A DNA stretch of 64,000 nucleotides, taken from positions 26,052,464-26,116,463 of the forward strand of contig NC_043011.1 in assembly GCF_006345805.1 (NCBI RefSeq). The letters are read 5' to 3'. This DNA is from Octopus sinensis. Its lineage: Eukaryota. The translations under genes and the position numbers were made by a program. Positions within the stretch are counted from its first letter, which is position 1. The number at the start of each line of letters is the position of its first letter. The notes beneath the pieces are model-generated. The model saw only the letters and a list, made by a program, of their open reading frames with translations, had not been told where the DNA came from and ran no database searches. Below are positions 38,836-53,383 of the stretch, one piece after another.

Positions 38836-39029
38836 CTGGACAACAAATAGAAACTTTATAAAAATTTTTGAATCTGATTGGTAATATGAGTGTGGAATGT
38901 TGAGATTGCATCTGAGTGTAACATAGCAAGATGGAAACAAGGTGATGGGGGTGGGGGAGAAAGGTAGAGATGGAGTGAAAACTTGAGATTGTGGAAAAAT
39001 GAGAGGTAATGCACTAGAGTGTAACAATA

Positions 39030-39840
39030 ACATCAGAGTGTAACTATAACATCAGAGTGTAACTGTAATACCAGAATGTAATTGTATCACCTGAGTGAAC
39101 AACAGTAACACCAGAGTGCAAAACTGTAACTCTGGAGTTCATTTGTAACACCAGAATTCAATAATAACAGCCGGCTGCAACTGTGACATTCATATGCAAC
39201 TGTAACACTGGAGTTTAATGTAATACCAGAGTGCATTTATAACATCAGAATGTAGTTGTAAAACCAGATGGCAATTATAAGATCAGATTGCAGCTCTGAT
39301 ACTAATATTCAACTGGAACACTAGAGTATGATAGCAAAATGCAACTGTAACACCAAAATGCAGCTGTAACACCAGAGTGCAATTGTAACGTAAGAGTGCA
39401 ATTGTAATATCAGGATGCATTTGTGATATTAATATGTAACAGTGACACCAGAGTATAACTCATAGCATGGTGTGGCTGTGTCACCAGAATGTAACTGTAA
39501 TACCAGAATGACACAGTAATATATACTTGTAACAACAGAATAGTGTAATAAACTATAACTAAAAAATGTGTAACTGAAATGGTGGTTATGTATATATCTG
39601 TGACACAAGAGGGCAGCTGTATCACTGATGTGTCAGCAATGTAGCAACACATTATAACTGTATAACAAAATGGTGTTACTATAATGCAAGAGTATAACTG
39701 TAATGCCAGAGTGTAGTTGTAACAGCAGACTATAACTGTAACACCATAGTGTGGTTGTCACACCAATAAATTTACAATATAATACCAGAATGTAACAGCA
39801 ATTCTGTAGTAACATAGATAATTAGCCAAAGTAACATAGA
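39030..39840. repeat. Degenerate minisatellite of about 20 bp (tgtaactgtaataccagag-like)
   Basis: Recurrent motif throughout. Confidence 0.75.
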
Positions 39841-39925
39841 TAATTAACTGCCTGTAACACCAAGGTAAAATTACAGTTCGGGACACACAACAAAAACAAA
39901 ATTTCAGCAAGTGTACAAGACTTAC

Positions 39926-39990
39926 CGTCATGTTCTTCAATGAATTGTAAACGGAATTGGTCAGCTTCTTTTGATGTTAGTAAATATTTC
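39926..39990 (-). CDS. VWA8: VWA8 exon 7 (KYLLTSKEADQFRLQFIEEHD)
   Basis: cttcag acceptor and GTAAGT donor; Q|KYLLT as in human. Confidence 0.9.
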
Positions 39991-40139
39991 CTGAAGTTAA
40001 AGAATGTTAAAAGAGATATGTATTTGTTGAGATCAAAAACTTGGACAACTGTGGCACACACATCACAAATCCACATCTTATATACTTGCCTTAAACTCTC
40101 AGATTTTGTTCCCATATAAGGTTCAAGGAATTAAATGGA

Positions 40140-40172
<33 letters not shown>

Positions 40173-40409
40173 TCGTTATTATTATTTTTATTTATGTGGT
40201 AAGCTGGCAGAATCATTAGCACACATGGAAAAATGTTTAGCGGCATTTTGTTCATCGTTACATTCTAAGTTCAAATTTTGTCACGGTCAACTTTGCCTTT
40301 CATCCTTTTGAGGTTCATAAAATTAGTAACAGTCAAACAGTGGGATCAATGTAGTTAACTATTTCCTAAAATTGCTGGCCTTGTGCCAAAATTTGAAATT
40401 GTCGTCATC

Positions 40410-40450
<41 letters not shown>

Positions 40451-40663
40451 AGGTGGTGAGCTGGCAGAATCGTTAGTATACTGGGTGAAATGCTTAGCAG
40501 TATTTTGTCTGCCGTTATGTTCTGAGTTCAAATTCCACCGAGGTCGACTTTGCCTTTCATCCTTTTGGGGTTGATAAAATTAGTACCAGTTATTCACTGG
40601 CATTGATATAATCAACTTAATCCCCTCCCCCAAATTTGAGGCCTTGTGCTTCCAGTAGAAAGG

Positions 40664-40701
<38 letters not shown>

Positions 40702-41869
40702 CATTATTATTATTATCATTATTATTATTATCATCATTATCATCATTATTATTATCATCATTATCATCATTATTATTATTATTATGCCAGGTAAAATGCT
40801 TAGTAGTATTTGCTCCAGCATTACATCCCGATATCAAATCCTGCCAGGGGTGAATTTACTTTTCATCCCTTCAGGGTTGATAAAATAAGTGCCATAAAAA
40901 GATCTGAGGCCTTGTGCTTATTACAGAGAATACTATTATTATTAAAGGCAGCAAGCTGGCAGAATCATTACTGTGCTCGACAAAATGCCTAGTGGTATTT
41001 CATCTGTCGTTTACATTCTGAGTTCAAATTCCATCAAGGTCAACTTTGCCTTTCATCCTTTCAGGGTCAATAAAATAAGTAGAAGTTAAACACTGAGATG
41101 GATGTAATCAACTAGACAAAATTTCAAGCTTTGTACCTATAGCAGAAATTTTTTTAAAATTATCATCACCATCATCAAAGAAGCAAGCTGGCAGGAACAT
41201 TACTACACCTGAAAACTGCTTAGTGGCATTTCTTCTGGGTCTTTATATTTTGAGTTCAAATACCACTGAGGTCAACTTTGCTCATCATCTTTTCAGGATT
41301 GATAAATTAAAGTACCAGTCAAGTATTGCAGTCAATGTAATTGACTAACTTTCTCCCATCAAAATTACTAACCTACTGCCAAAATTAGAAAAATTTATTA
41401 TTGTTGCTGTCATTTTTTTTAACACAACTGCCTTAAACACTATCACAGTATTGTGAAGGGTAAACACCCACTTCGGTCATGAATGACCATGGGATTGCAC
41501 CTAGAAAGTTACCCTCCAAGGCACAAGTCCAAGTAAAGTTGTTTATGGAAGACCAGCAGTTGCCCATGCATACCAAACTCCCCAATCCATGCCACTGATT
41601 TTATCCAAAGGAAAGGTACAGGCCGATATACAACTTGGCATCAATGATGTTGCAACTCATTTTGACAGATGAGTGAACTGGAGCAATGTGAAATAAAGTC
41701 TCTGGCTCAAGAACACAACATACAGCCCGGTCCAGGAATCAAACTCACTAGCTCATGATTGTGAGCCTGGTCCTTTAACCTTCACTATTGTATCATATAC
41801 ACTGTATTGTATAGCACAGTGGTGTTTCTCTCTCAATATGTATATACTTTGAGCTAGGTATCTCATTAA

Positions 41870-42212
41870 ACTCTCATGTTTAATGAGATACCTAGTCTTC
41901 CATACTTATCAATCCCCTTCCTCCATTTGCTCTCTTCATGTGTAGGCGATCAGTATCTTCATGTGGATGATGGGCTCCATGCATCGTCAGGAGCTCTCTT
42001 GATTTCCTGTCCATCTCCTTTAGCTCCTCCTCTGTCAACTTCAGGATTCCAGCACCATACCGAACTACTGAGACTGCACACAAGTTTATTGCTGAAATTA
42101 TGTTTCTAGCAAGCCAAAATTTTACTCACTCACTGCAGGTACTCTTTTCTAGTCTTTTCCTTCATGTTGTGGTGTTTGATTCCATCTGCCTCAAGTATCC
42201 CCAGGATCATCA
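41870..42212 (-). mobile_element. R4/Dong-like non-LTR retrotransposon RT-thumb remnant
   Basis: LGILEADGIKH, AVSVVRYGAGIL and DRLHMKRANGGRGLISMED. Confidence 0.75.
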
Positions 42213-44449
42213 TCATTATTATCATTATTATTATTGAGTGAGAGAGCAGTGCATGCCATCAAAGTGACACTGGGGTAAAATATACGAAGCCCAGTTTACA
42301 CATCATGACTACCCGTCTGATAAGGGTACACTAGGTACATGCATCACAACCATATGTGCGCGACATGGTGATTTCATATCAAGATAAACAACACATGACC
42401 TTGCAGGTGGGGCCCAGTTAGAATTTTCTTCTGGTTGAGTAGCCCATCCCACTCAGAAGGTCCCTGAATAAGGGTTGTTTAAGGATGTTGGACGAAACAC
42501 CCATGTTTCCAGAGGTGAATTATTCAAACCCCAAAGAATCCCTCTCAACGCATGGCTATTATGCTCCCCCACTTCTTCTGCTCGTGATCAGAGATGCACA
42601 TATCGTCAGCCACTAATGGACATGCTCAACTGGTTATGGTCAAACAACTGACATGCAAATCTGTGGTATTGAGCAGAATATTTGCTTCAGCCCATCTTTT
42701 ACACCAAGACAAAACAATGTACATGATAACACTTCCAATTAGTTAAGATCAGAAGCCATGAGAGCCACTGCCTGGTACTGCATCAGGGCATAGGGGCTTA
42801 TTATTATTATTATTATTATTATTATTTGCCTTTCATCCTTCCAGAAACACTGGGGTTTACATAATCGACTAGTTGTCTTTCCCTAAATTTCAGGCCTTGT
42901 GCCTATATAAAAAGGATTATTACTATTATTATCATTATTCATTTTGTTTATCATCCATGTATTCATCGTTATTTTATTCATTTCCTTCAATTTTAGAAAA
43001 ACTGAAGCATGTCTTTGACAATTCCAGAGCATATTGAACTTATTATGTGCATGACCTTTGGCCCACCCTGTATTTACTTAATGTATCAATGTATCCATTT
43101 GTATGTCTGTATATATGTATGTATGAAAGTTAAAGACGGGTGGGGTTATAAACATAAGAGCAGTGAACATTAATTGAATAAAGGACTCACATGTGTATAG
43201 AGTTAGATGTTTTTGAGAAATTTTAAAGTCATTCTCAATAGTGCACATGTGTGTGTGTGTGTGTGTGTGTGTGTACACATATCATCATCATTATCATCAT
43301 TTTAATATCCACTTTTCCATGTTTGCCTGGTTTGGACAGAGTTTATTGAGGAAGATTTTCTCTGGCCAGATGCCCTTCCTATCACCAACCCTCACCTGTT
43401 TCCCAGCAAAGTAATATTTCCTCGTGGCCAGACATATTTTCACAGAATATCAGAAATGAATAACACTCATTTACAACCATCACATGACATCTAGACAAGG
43501 AGAAACAAACATATGTGCGCGCGCACACACACACACACACATTACATATGAAAAGATGTAGCCCCAAACACCTGTACTTCTGTTTATTTATCTCCTACAA
43601 CATGGTGCCACTGATGATGATTTGCACAAAAATATATATTGGACATTTAACACCATTCTTTGCATTTTTAGCTTAACACTGAAGAGGTAACTAAATGGGA
43701 TTATATAATGTTTCAACAAGCAATTATGTAATCCTGGCAGTAACTTTACCAAAACATGTATATGTTTTATAAAACATAAAATATCATACATGCTTTCTAT
43801 ATTTTATTCCTACATGTGTGTGTGTTCTATTCTGGCCCCTTCTCTCATGAGTATAAAGCAGACTACTTCTTTTACTGTAGCCCCACTCAGTCAAAAGGGA
43901 TCTTAGTCCTGCAAGCTGTTTAGTGACCTCACCAGTGCTGATACCACAAAAAGCAACCACTACACACTGTAAAATGGTTAGCATTAGGAAGGGCATCCAG
44001 CCAAAGGAGACATTATTAAGCAGTGTTATTCATTTCTGAAATTCTGTGAAAATATGTCTGGCCATGGAGAAATATTACTTTGCTGGAAAACAGGTGAGGG
44101 TTGGTAACAAGAAGAGCATCCTGCCATAGAAAACTCAGTCATAGAACCCATCAGATCCTGACAAGCTGACAGCATAGAATATGAATGTTCAATGATGATG
44201 ATGATGTTTTCATGTTATCTTTTACTTGTTTCAATCATTAGACTGCAGCCATGCTAGGACACCACCTTGAAGAATTTTTAGCCGACTGAATCAACCCCAG
44301 TACTTTCTTTTTAATCCTGGTCTTTTTTGCTGAACTGCTGGTTACAGGGATGTAAATACACCTACACCAGTTGTCAAGTGGTGGTGAGAGGACAAACACA
44401 GACACAAAAACTGACATGTACATACATATATATACATACATACATGGTG

Positions 44450-45000
44450 GCTGCCCCCTCGTTATCGAGTATGGCCATTGCACGAAGCTTAATCAATGTT
44501 GTTATCGTGCAATGCCTATGCAAGAAGATTTTTTTTTAAAGTGAGGAAAGGCTGTGCACTGAGTCAATCCCACTCACTAAGCAACAGCAGCCATAATCCG
44601 AAAAGAAGAACAAGTCAACATCATCGGTAACCACTGAGCCGCAGGTTTTATGTCGGAGTTATCCCAGTTACCTGAGTTATCTTCTCCTAGAAGGATGCCC
44701 TAACAAAGGCTAGGAGTCCTTCCTTCCCAATGGTTTAACCGCACGATCGGGTTTTCAGTCCGATTATTTCTATGTGCCCGTGCATGATACAGCCTTAAGA
44801 CATTTATTGAATGGCTGTTGACTCTCAAGAGTTTCTCGGCCCTTTGACGGGTTTTGTTTTTCATCCCACAGGGTGTCCAATAAACACCCTCCTCACCAAG
44901 CAAGCTTGGTGAGGTTGCCAGTTTAGTCGCCGACGACCCGACCATGCAACAGGTTGTACTGGGTTACATATTACCAGTAGCACTCGAAAGCGACCTGATA
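44450..45000 (-). mobile_element. Probable RTE-family 5' UTR, GC-richer and hairpin-rich
   Basis: Contains tctaggagaag..aactc, which I recall from RTE 5' UTRs, plus several local hairpins; no ORF. Confidence 0.45.
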
Positions 45001-45025
45001 TACATACATACATACATACATATAC

Positions 45026-45056
<31 letters not shown>

Positions 45057-46413
45057 GTGAGAATTTACAACAAAAAAACAAAAGACGAAGACGGGTGTGT
45101 AAAGAACAAACAGATGTATTAGTTTAACGCTCAGGAAGTGAGAAAGTCTTTTACGTTTCGAGCCTGCGCTCTTTGATAGAAAGGAACACAGAAATAAACA
45201 GGGAGAGAAAATAAAAAAGGTTTAGTGGTTAGCGATCTATCATGGCAAATGTATATATACATACAATAAACTTCTTTCAGTTTCCATCTACCAAGTCCAT
45301 TCACAAGGCTTTAGTCAGCCTGACACTATAGTAGAAGACACTTGGCCAAGGTGTCAAGCAGTGGGACTGAACCTGGAACCATGTGGTTGGGAAGCAAACT
45401 TCTTACCACACTCCACTCTTGCACCTATGTATGTATGTATGTATATATGTATGTATGAGCTACAACACAGTTTTCATCTTCCAAATTCCACACACAAAGC
45501 ATTAGTCAACCCAAAGTTACAGTATTATAGAAGACACTTGCACAAAGTGTCATGCAGTGGGACCGAACTCAGAACCACACAGTTGTACAGCAAACTTCCT
45601 AACCACATGGCTATGCTAACGCCTATTCTTTATATATTTAAATTTTTTCTGTTATTTCAAAGCCAAGACTTTACCAGACTTAAAAAATAACAATCGATTC
45701 GATCGACCGAGGATGAAGACATTGGGTACAGGGCGGGTGGGGGGGAAGAGATGCAAGACAGACAAACTAACAATAACAGCAACAACAATAACCACGGCAA
45801 CAATAGCAAATAACAATTGTAACAAGATTTCTGCAAACCTTAATGCGCTTTCCATGCACAGTTTAAAAGAAAAGTGATGAGTTATCATATAAATAAAGTT
45901 GACACTAAAAATTAATCTGTTTTTGCTCAGGTTTCTTTCTTCTTCACTTAAAAACATTGCTTTCATTTCATATTTTTTTTTTTTTTGATTCTTTCACACT
46001 TCTTTCTCTTCACCTTAAACCTACCGTTCCACTCTGCCCTCTTTGTATGTTTTTTTCTTATTGTTTCTGCTGCTGCCATCGCTGTTTTTGTTTGCTGCTG
46101 TCATTATTGTGGCTATTTTTTCTTCTTGTTTCTCCAGGAAGATCGGTGGCAGAGATGGGATGGGAGGCGGGGTTTCATTTCTCAGGCTTTCATACTGCAT
46201 ACAACTTAAGATTTACATATTTCTGTACCGTTCTGTACTGTAATGTGCATGGTACTTTTTCATTCATTCACTATTGTTGTTGTTTTGCACTATGCTTGTG
46301 CAGCAGCAGTAGTAGTAGTAGTAGTAGTAGCGGTGGTGGCGGTAGTAGTGGTGGTGGTGATAGTAGTAGTAGTGGTGGTGGTAGTGGTGGTGGTGGTAGT
46401 GGTGGTGGTGGTA

Positions 46414-46452
<39 letters not shown>

Positions 46453-46586
46453 TTGGTGGTGGTGGTAGTAGTAGTAGTAGCTGCCGCTGCTGTTAATCTC
46501 AAAGTTTATTTTCTGTTGTATATTGTTTATTCCATATTATGCAAAGTTTGTTCAAAGGCTGTTGTTGTTTGTACTATGTATGTATG

Positions 46587-46617
<31 letters not shown>

Positions 46618-48105
46618 GGTGGTGCGTATACTACTATGTATGTGTTGTTGCTGTTGTTCTTCTTCTTCATGTTTTTGTAGCTTAAACTCAAACTTCATAT
46701 GTTATCTCGTATTCTATATTGTGTTTTTTTTGGGAGGGTTTGTTTATATACTGTTGTTGTTGTCGTTGTTGTTGTATTGTTTGTAGTTGTACTGTTTGTT
46801 GTTGCATTGTGTTGGTGTATTTTTGTTTTTAGTTGTATTTATGTGTTGTTTGTATTTTTTGTTGTTTAACTCAAAAAAAGTATTTCCCATGTTACATTGC
46901 AGGTTTGTTTTAAATGTTGTTCTTGTTGCAGTTGCAGAAGTGTACATTTTGTGTTTGTTGTTATTGTTGCTGTCTCCTCTATTTTTTTTTTTTTTTGTTT
47001 TTCATCACAAAAATACATATTTAATCCATGTTTCCTACCATACCCACTCCTTCGAACTCAATTTATTTACATTAAATTTTGCTGCTTTATAAAATACTTC
47101 TTTTGTGGGGGGAACGGGTCAATGGTTGCCATTGTTTTTTTTTGGGGTTTTGTTTTATTTTTCATCTTTAACTTTAAATTTTGTTGTTGCTTATTTTGTT
47201 TTTGTTTTCTAGTTTCATTTTTGCAATTGTTTTTTTTTTTCTTTTTTTGCAACAGTTGCTGCTGCTGTTAAGGTTGATGATGATGATGATAATGATGAAG
47301 ATGTTGCTGCTGCTGTTATTGTTGTTGTACAATTATCTAAAACTCAGATTTCATCTAGATTAAAATCTCCCTCTCCTCTCTCTCTTTCCTCACCAGTACA
47401 CCATTTCTCCATACATAATATAACACTACAATCCCTCTACTTCTCTATCTAGCTATCTATCTATCTATCATCATTATTTTACATACACTTCCCATGCTAG
47501 CATGAGTTGGATGAGTAATCACAGTCACCAGCAAGTATTTGGGAGTACTACTTACCTAGAGGGATGAGAAGACCCACATATGTGTGTGTGTGTAGGTGTG
47601 TGTGTGTGTGTAGGTGTGTGTGTGTGTGTGTAGGTGTGTGTGTGTGTGTGTGTGTCTATCTATCTACCTAGCTATTTATCCAATTGCTTATGTTCCAAAG
47701 CAACTCTCTATAGGTGCAGGCATGGCTGTGTGGTAAGAAGCTTGTTTCCCAACCACATGGTTCCAGTTTCAGTCCCACAGCATGGCACCTCGGCCAGATG
47801 TCTTCTACTATAGCCTTGAGCAGGCCAAAGCCTTCTGAGTGGATTTAGTAGATAGAAACTGAAAGAAATCCATTTTATGTGTGTGTGTGTGTGTGTGTGT
47901 GTATTTGTCCACCCATCACCACTTGAAAGCCAGTGTTAGTGTGTTTACATCCCTCTGACTTAGTGGTTCAGCAAAAGAGACTGATAGAGTAAGTACTAGG
48001 CCTAAGAAATAAGTCCTGAGGTTGATTTGTTTGAGTAAAATCCTTCAAGGCAGTGCCCCAGCATGGCCACAGTCAAATGACTGAAACAAGTGAAAGAATA
48101 AAGGA

Positions 48106-48150
<45 letters not shown>

Positions 48151-48697
48151 CTTCTTGCTAATCCAAACCCCTATCTCCCCATATAATCTCTTTTCCTACT
48201 AAAAATATATTTTTCACCGTTTTCTTCAATTCCTGCAAGTGTGATTATGTTAATGTCATTCCAGTTGTTGTTTGTTATTGATGTTATTCTTGATGACTAT
48301 GTTGTTAGTTTATTTATTTAAAAAAAAAATATACATATTATTACTGTTTTTTGTTTTTTTTTTGATATATAAGCAAAAAAAATTAAAATATAAAAATCAA
48401 ATATAAAAAATTAAATATCAAATATGTGTGTGCAAATAAGTGTTTGTGCAAAATAAAGAGAAATCATACATGCGTGTGTGTGTGTGTGTGTGTGTGTGCT
48501 TGCATATATAAATGTGTGTGCTTATGCGTGTGTGAGTATCATGTTTAAAAAAAAACATACAAGCATGCATGCTTACATGTAGACATGTGTGTGTTTGTGT
48601 GTATATGTCTATATATATATGTGTGATATATGTGCAAGCATGTATGTGCAAATATATACCACAATAAAAAATACATAAACATACATTTACATTTAGC

Positions 48698-48749
<52 letters not shown>

Positions 48750-48793
48750 AACACATATATATCCATACACACATATTTGTATGGTATGTGCAT

Positions 48794-48910
<117 letters not shown>

Positions 48911-49796
48911 TGTATGCATAGAAGTATGTGATTGTGTTGTGTTAAAAAATATACCAATATACATGAGCAAATATGCATATGTATACATGTCTACATCTGA
49001 ATATAAATGCATGTATGCATGTGAGTGTGAGAATTTTAATAAAAGTATAAATAAATGAGATATTGGATAAAAAAAAAGCAGAAAACAAACAAAATACAAT
49101 GCACACACACACACACACACAAACAAACAAACATACATACACAGAACAATAACAGGACAATAAAAATAGCACCCTGCCATCTGCCCATGCCTATCCCCAT
49201 GAAACAACAACACAATACAACACAAAATAATTCGAAAGTAATAAAAAAAAAAGCAAACACAAAAAAAATATGGTATAATAAATAAAATTCAACAAAATAA
49301 TTAAAAGAAAAGTTGAACTTTTAAAAGAAAAAAAAATGTTGACAGATTTATTGGGAAAATATTGGGGGGGGGAGGGACTGGAGATAGCAAGTGGAGAGGA
49401 ATCTTTCAACTTTCTGTCTCACACTCTCTTTCTCTCTATTACAGACTCTTACTTTCTCTCTCACTCTCACAGACTCATTCTTTCCTTCTCTCTCTATGTC
49501 TTTTTGCTCCAGAACAATTGTTTTAGGACAAAGAAAGAAAGGAAAAAATATGAAGAATTTTTCTCAATTTCTTTCTCACTCTTTCTCTCCCTCTCTGTCA
49601 CTCTCCTTCTCTTTAAAAAAAAAACAAAAACCAATTGTTTTAAACAGAAAGAAAAGGGAAAGAAAGAAAAGGGGAAAGTAAGGTAAAAGGGGAAAATGAT
49701 ATTTGTTGATTTATATGTCTTATTTTGTATCAGACATTTGGAAAGAGGTAGGGTGGAGCAAATTTCAATTTCTCTCTCTCTCTCTCTCCTCTCTCT

Positions 49797-49843
<47 letters not shown>

Positions 49844-50065
49844 TACTCTCTCTCTCTCACTCTCTCTCTCTCTCTCTTTCTAAAACAATATTTTGGGACA
49901 GAAAGGAGAGAGGGGAGAGAGGGGAAAATGGCATTTGTTTGATATATTCTTTATTCTAGAGCAGACAAAGCAGTGGTGGGGGAGGAAGAACAAGGGGTCT
50001 GGTGGGGGTGAATAAATGGACAGAAAGAAGAAAAGAAGAAAAGAAGAAAGAATCAACAAACTTAC

Positions 50066-50191
50066 TGGTTAGTACTGGAGTCCGTAATAATCCATTTATT
50101 GGCGTCGACAATCTGAAGGCAGCGGATTTTCACTGGCAGAATGACTTGGTGAGAGAGACACTGGAGTGGGTCGACAAGAATAACAGTGTCA
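50066..50191 (-). CDS. VWA8: VWA8 exon 6 (DTVILVDPLQ...NKWIITDSSTN)
   Basis: Long pyrimidine tract ending tctag, GTAAGT donor; resembles human LP...DKWLLVESKTNQ. Confidence 0.9.
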
Positions 50192-53056
50192 CTAGATTGA
50201 AGAAGGAAAATGAGAATAACAAAGTAGTAGTAGTAGTAGTAGTAGTAGTAGAGGTAGTGGTGTTGGTGGTAGCAGTAGCAACAACAACAACATTGGAAAA
50301 TAACAAATTTTGGAAGTGAGGAAGTTGTAGTTAATTAAATCAACCCCAGTACATAACTTAGTTCTTTATTTCATTGAGCCCCTACTTTAAACCACACCCA
50401 CCAGTTTCCTTTCTCCATGCCACCAATGTTGTCCACAGTAAAGGCAAAGGGCAACTCATTTCTACAGCTGAGTGAACTAGAGCAATAGGAAATAAAGTAT
50501 CTTGTTCAAGAACACAACACACAGCCCAGTCTGAGAATTGAACTCACTACCTCATGATTGTCAGTCCAACACTCTAACCACTGAGCCATGCACCTTCACC
50601 AGACATTCAAATATTAACTATATGTATACATACATACACTTTTATGTGTTGATTTTTATAGTTTTTATGAGGGAAGTGACTTTGTGCCAGGTGATAAGAG
50701 GTTATAGCATGAGAGAGGGACACTTTTATGCATTGAGTTTTATAGGCGCAGAAGTGGCTGTGTGGTAAATAGCATGCTTACGAACCACATGGTTCCGGAT
50801 TCATTCCCACTGCGTAGCACCTTGGGCAAATGTCTTCTACTATAGCCTCGGGCCGACCAAAGCCTTGTGAGTGAATTTGGTAGACGGAAACTGAAAGAAG
50901 CCCATCGTATATATGTATACATATATATATATATGTATGTATGCGTGTGTTTATGTGTTTGTTTGTCCCCCCAACATCGCTCAACAACCAATGGTGGTGT
51001 GTTCATGTTCCCATAACTTAGCGGTTCAGCAAAAGGGGCTGATAGAATAAGTACTAGGCTTCCAAAGAATAAGTCCTGGGGTCGATTTGCTCGACTAAAG
51101 GCGGTGCTCCAGCATGGCCACAGTCAAATGACTGAAACAAGTAAAAGAGTAAAAGAGTTAATAGAGGTCCAAATATTAACTATAAAAATCAACACACAAA
51201 AGTGTATTTATGTATGCATGTATATACATCAATAAAGATGCTATTTATCTTCTTTGCTGCAAGACATCTGTTTCTGTCCCCCTCTCGTACTATAACCTCT
51301 CATCACCTGGCACAAAGTCACTTCCCTCAATAGTATTCCTCCCTCAGTATAGGAGTCTCGTCTTGCACATTACTTGGAGACCTCACTGGTGCTGGTGCCA
51401 CATCAAAAGTATCCAGTATATTCTGTAAAGTAGTTGCCATTAGGAATGGCATCCAGCCATAGAAACCATATCAAAGCTTGGTACAGTAGGGCTTGGTACA
51501 GTCTTCTGAATTGCCAGCTCCTGTTAAACCATCCAGCTCATGCCAGCATGGAAGGCCGATGTTAAATGATGATGATGATGATTATTGTATGTATGTATGC
51601 ATGCATGTATATATGTCTGAAGGTGTGTGGCTTAGAGGTTGGGGTATTCATGTCACAATCGCAAGGCCATGAATTCAACTTCCTAGCAGCACATTGGGTC
51701 CTAGAACAAGACTCTTTATTTCATGTTGCTCCAGTTCACTCAGCGAGCAAAAATGAGTGGTACCTGTAATTCAAAGGGCCAGCCTTGTCACATTCTGTGC
51801 CACACTGAATCTCCCTGAGAAGTACGTTAAGGTACATGTGTCTGTGGAGTGCTCAGCCACTTGCAAATTAATTTCATGAGCAGGCTGTTCTGTTGATCGG
51901 ATCAACTGGAACTCTTGCTATCATAACTGATGGAGTGCTAGTTACGTGTGAGTGTGTGGTTTACACAGAAATACTGCCTTCTTTGAAAAACAAATAAGGG
52001 TTGGTGATAGGAAGAGTGCTTGGCTGTAGAAAATTTGCCTCAGTAAACTCCATCCAACCCATGCAAGTATGGAAAAGTGGATGTTAAAAAAATGATGATG
52101 ATGAAAAAGCACCTATGTCAGTGACACATACTAGTATTCATGTCAGTGACATGTAATAGTACCCATGCAGGTGACATGCAAAGCAGCTGTGCCAGTGACA
52201 CATAAAGCACCTGTGCTGGTGACACATAATAGCACTCATGCTAGTGATGTGTAATGGCACCTGTGCAGGTAACATGTAAAAGCACCCATGCCAGTGACAC
52301 ATAGCAGCATACATGTCAAGGACATGTAATTGCCCCCGTGGCAATGGCATGTAAAAGCATGTGCTGGTGTCATGTAAAAGCACCCGCTACACTCATAGAG
52401 TGGTTGGCATTAGGAAAGGCATCCAGCCATAGAAACCTTGCCAAATCAGACTGGAATCTTGTAAAGCTCTCTGGCTTACCAGTTCCGGTCAAACTATCTA
52501 ACCCATGCCGGCATGGAAAGTGGATGCTAAATAAAGATGATGATGATGATGAATTTTAACATCCACACAAAGGTCACATACATGGGAAGAAGAAATAACA
52601 GTGATATTGACCTGTGAGAGATGACCGAAGAGTCTAACCCAACAGCTACCAGGAACCTCTAGATAATTGCTCAACCAGCTTGAACAGCAGAAATCCCTTA
52701 AATCATATCTAGCCATCTTTAACAATAAAGACACACATTAAATACACCCAAGCTAGGTGACCCTCTAAGACTACAAGATGGCTGCAGCCAGAATATTTTT
52801 GGAAAATGCTCTGAGTCAGGGTTAATTGTCCTTAACTAACTGCATTCATCTCACTTCACTAAACATTATTGATGCTCTTAGAAAAAGCATTAATGTTACA
52901 ACTTCCTACTCATCCTCGCCTACACATCCAAAAATTTTGATGCTTTGTTGTAAAAACAAAAAAAAAAATCAAACACAAAACAAGAAAAGAAAACAAAAAT
53001 GAAACAAAATCTCGTTTAATTTGGTCAGTTTAATTAAGTAATGAAGATTTATTTAC

Positions 53057-53124
53057 CTGTTTTCTTTGTAAAAGGTGATAATGTTGGAATCTGGTAGAGT
53101 GGAACCAAGCATGACAAATGGATT
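53057..53124 (-). CDS. VWA8: VWA8 exon 5 (NPFVMLGSTLPDSNIITFYKEN)
   Basis: tgccag acceptor and GTAAAT donor; FYKE motif; supplies the phase 0 to 2 change needed between its neighbours. Confidence 0.88.
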
Positions 53125-53342
53125 CTGGCAATAGAATAGAGAGTTTATATAAATATATATGTATATATACGTATGTGTATTTGTGTGTGTGTATGTATGT
53201 GGGTGTATGTATGTGGGTGTATGTATATATATATATTTATATATTATATATATATTTTTTATATAAACATATACATATTATATATAAATGATATATATAT
53301 ATATAATATATATACACACACACACACACACATATATATATA

Positions 53343-53383
<41 letters not shown>

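Noticed and set aside
45147-45184. HHR in the second copy of the 183-bp element
   Set aside because: The core has decayed to CUAUCAA, so it is counted only as a remnant.
50002-50319. Plus-strand 105-aa ORF
   Set aside because: Antisense shadow of VWA8 exon 6 plus a (GTA)n tract.
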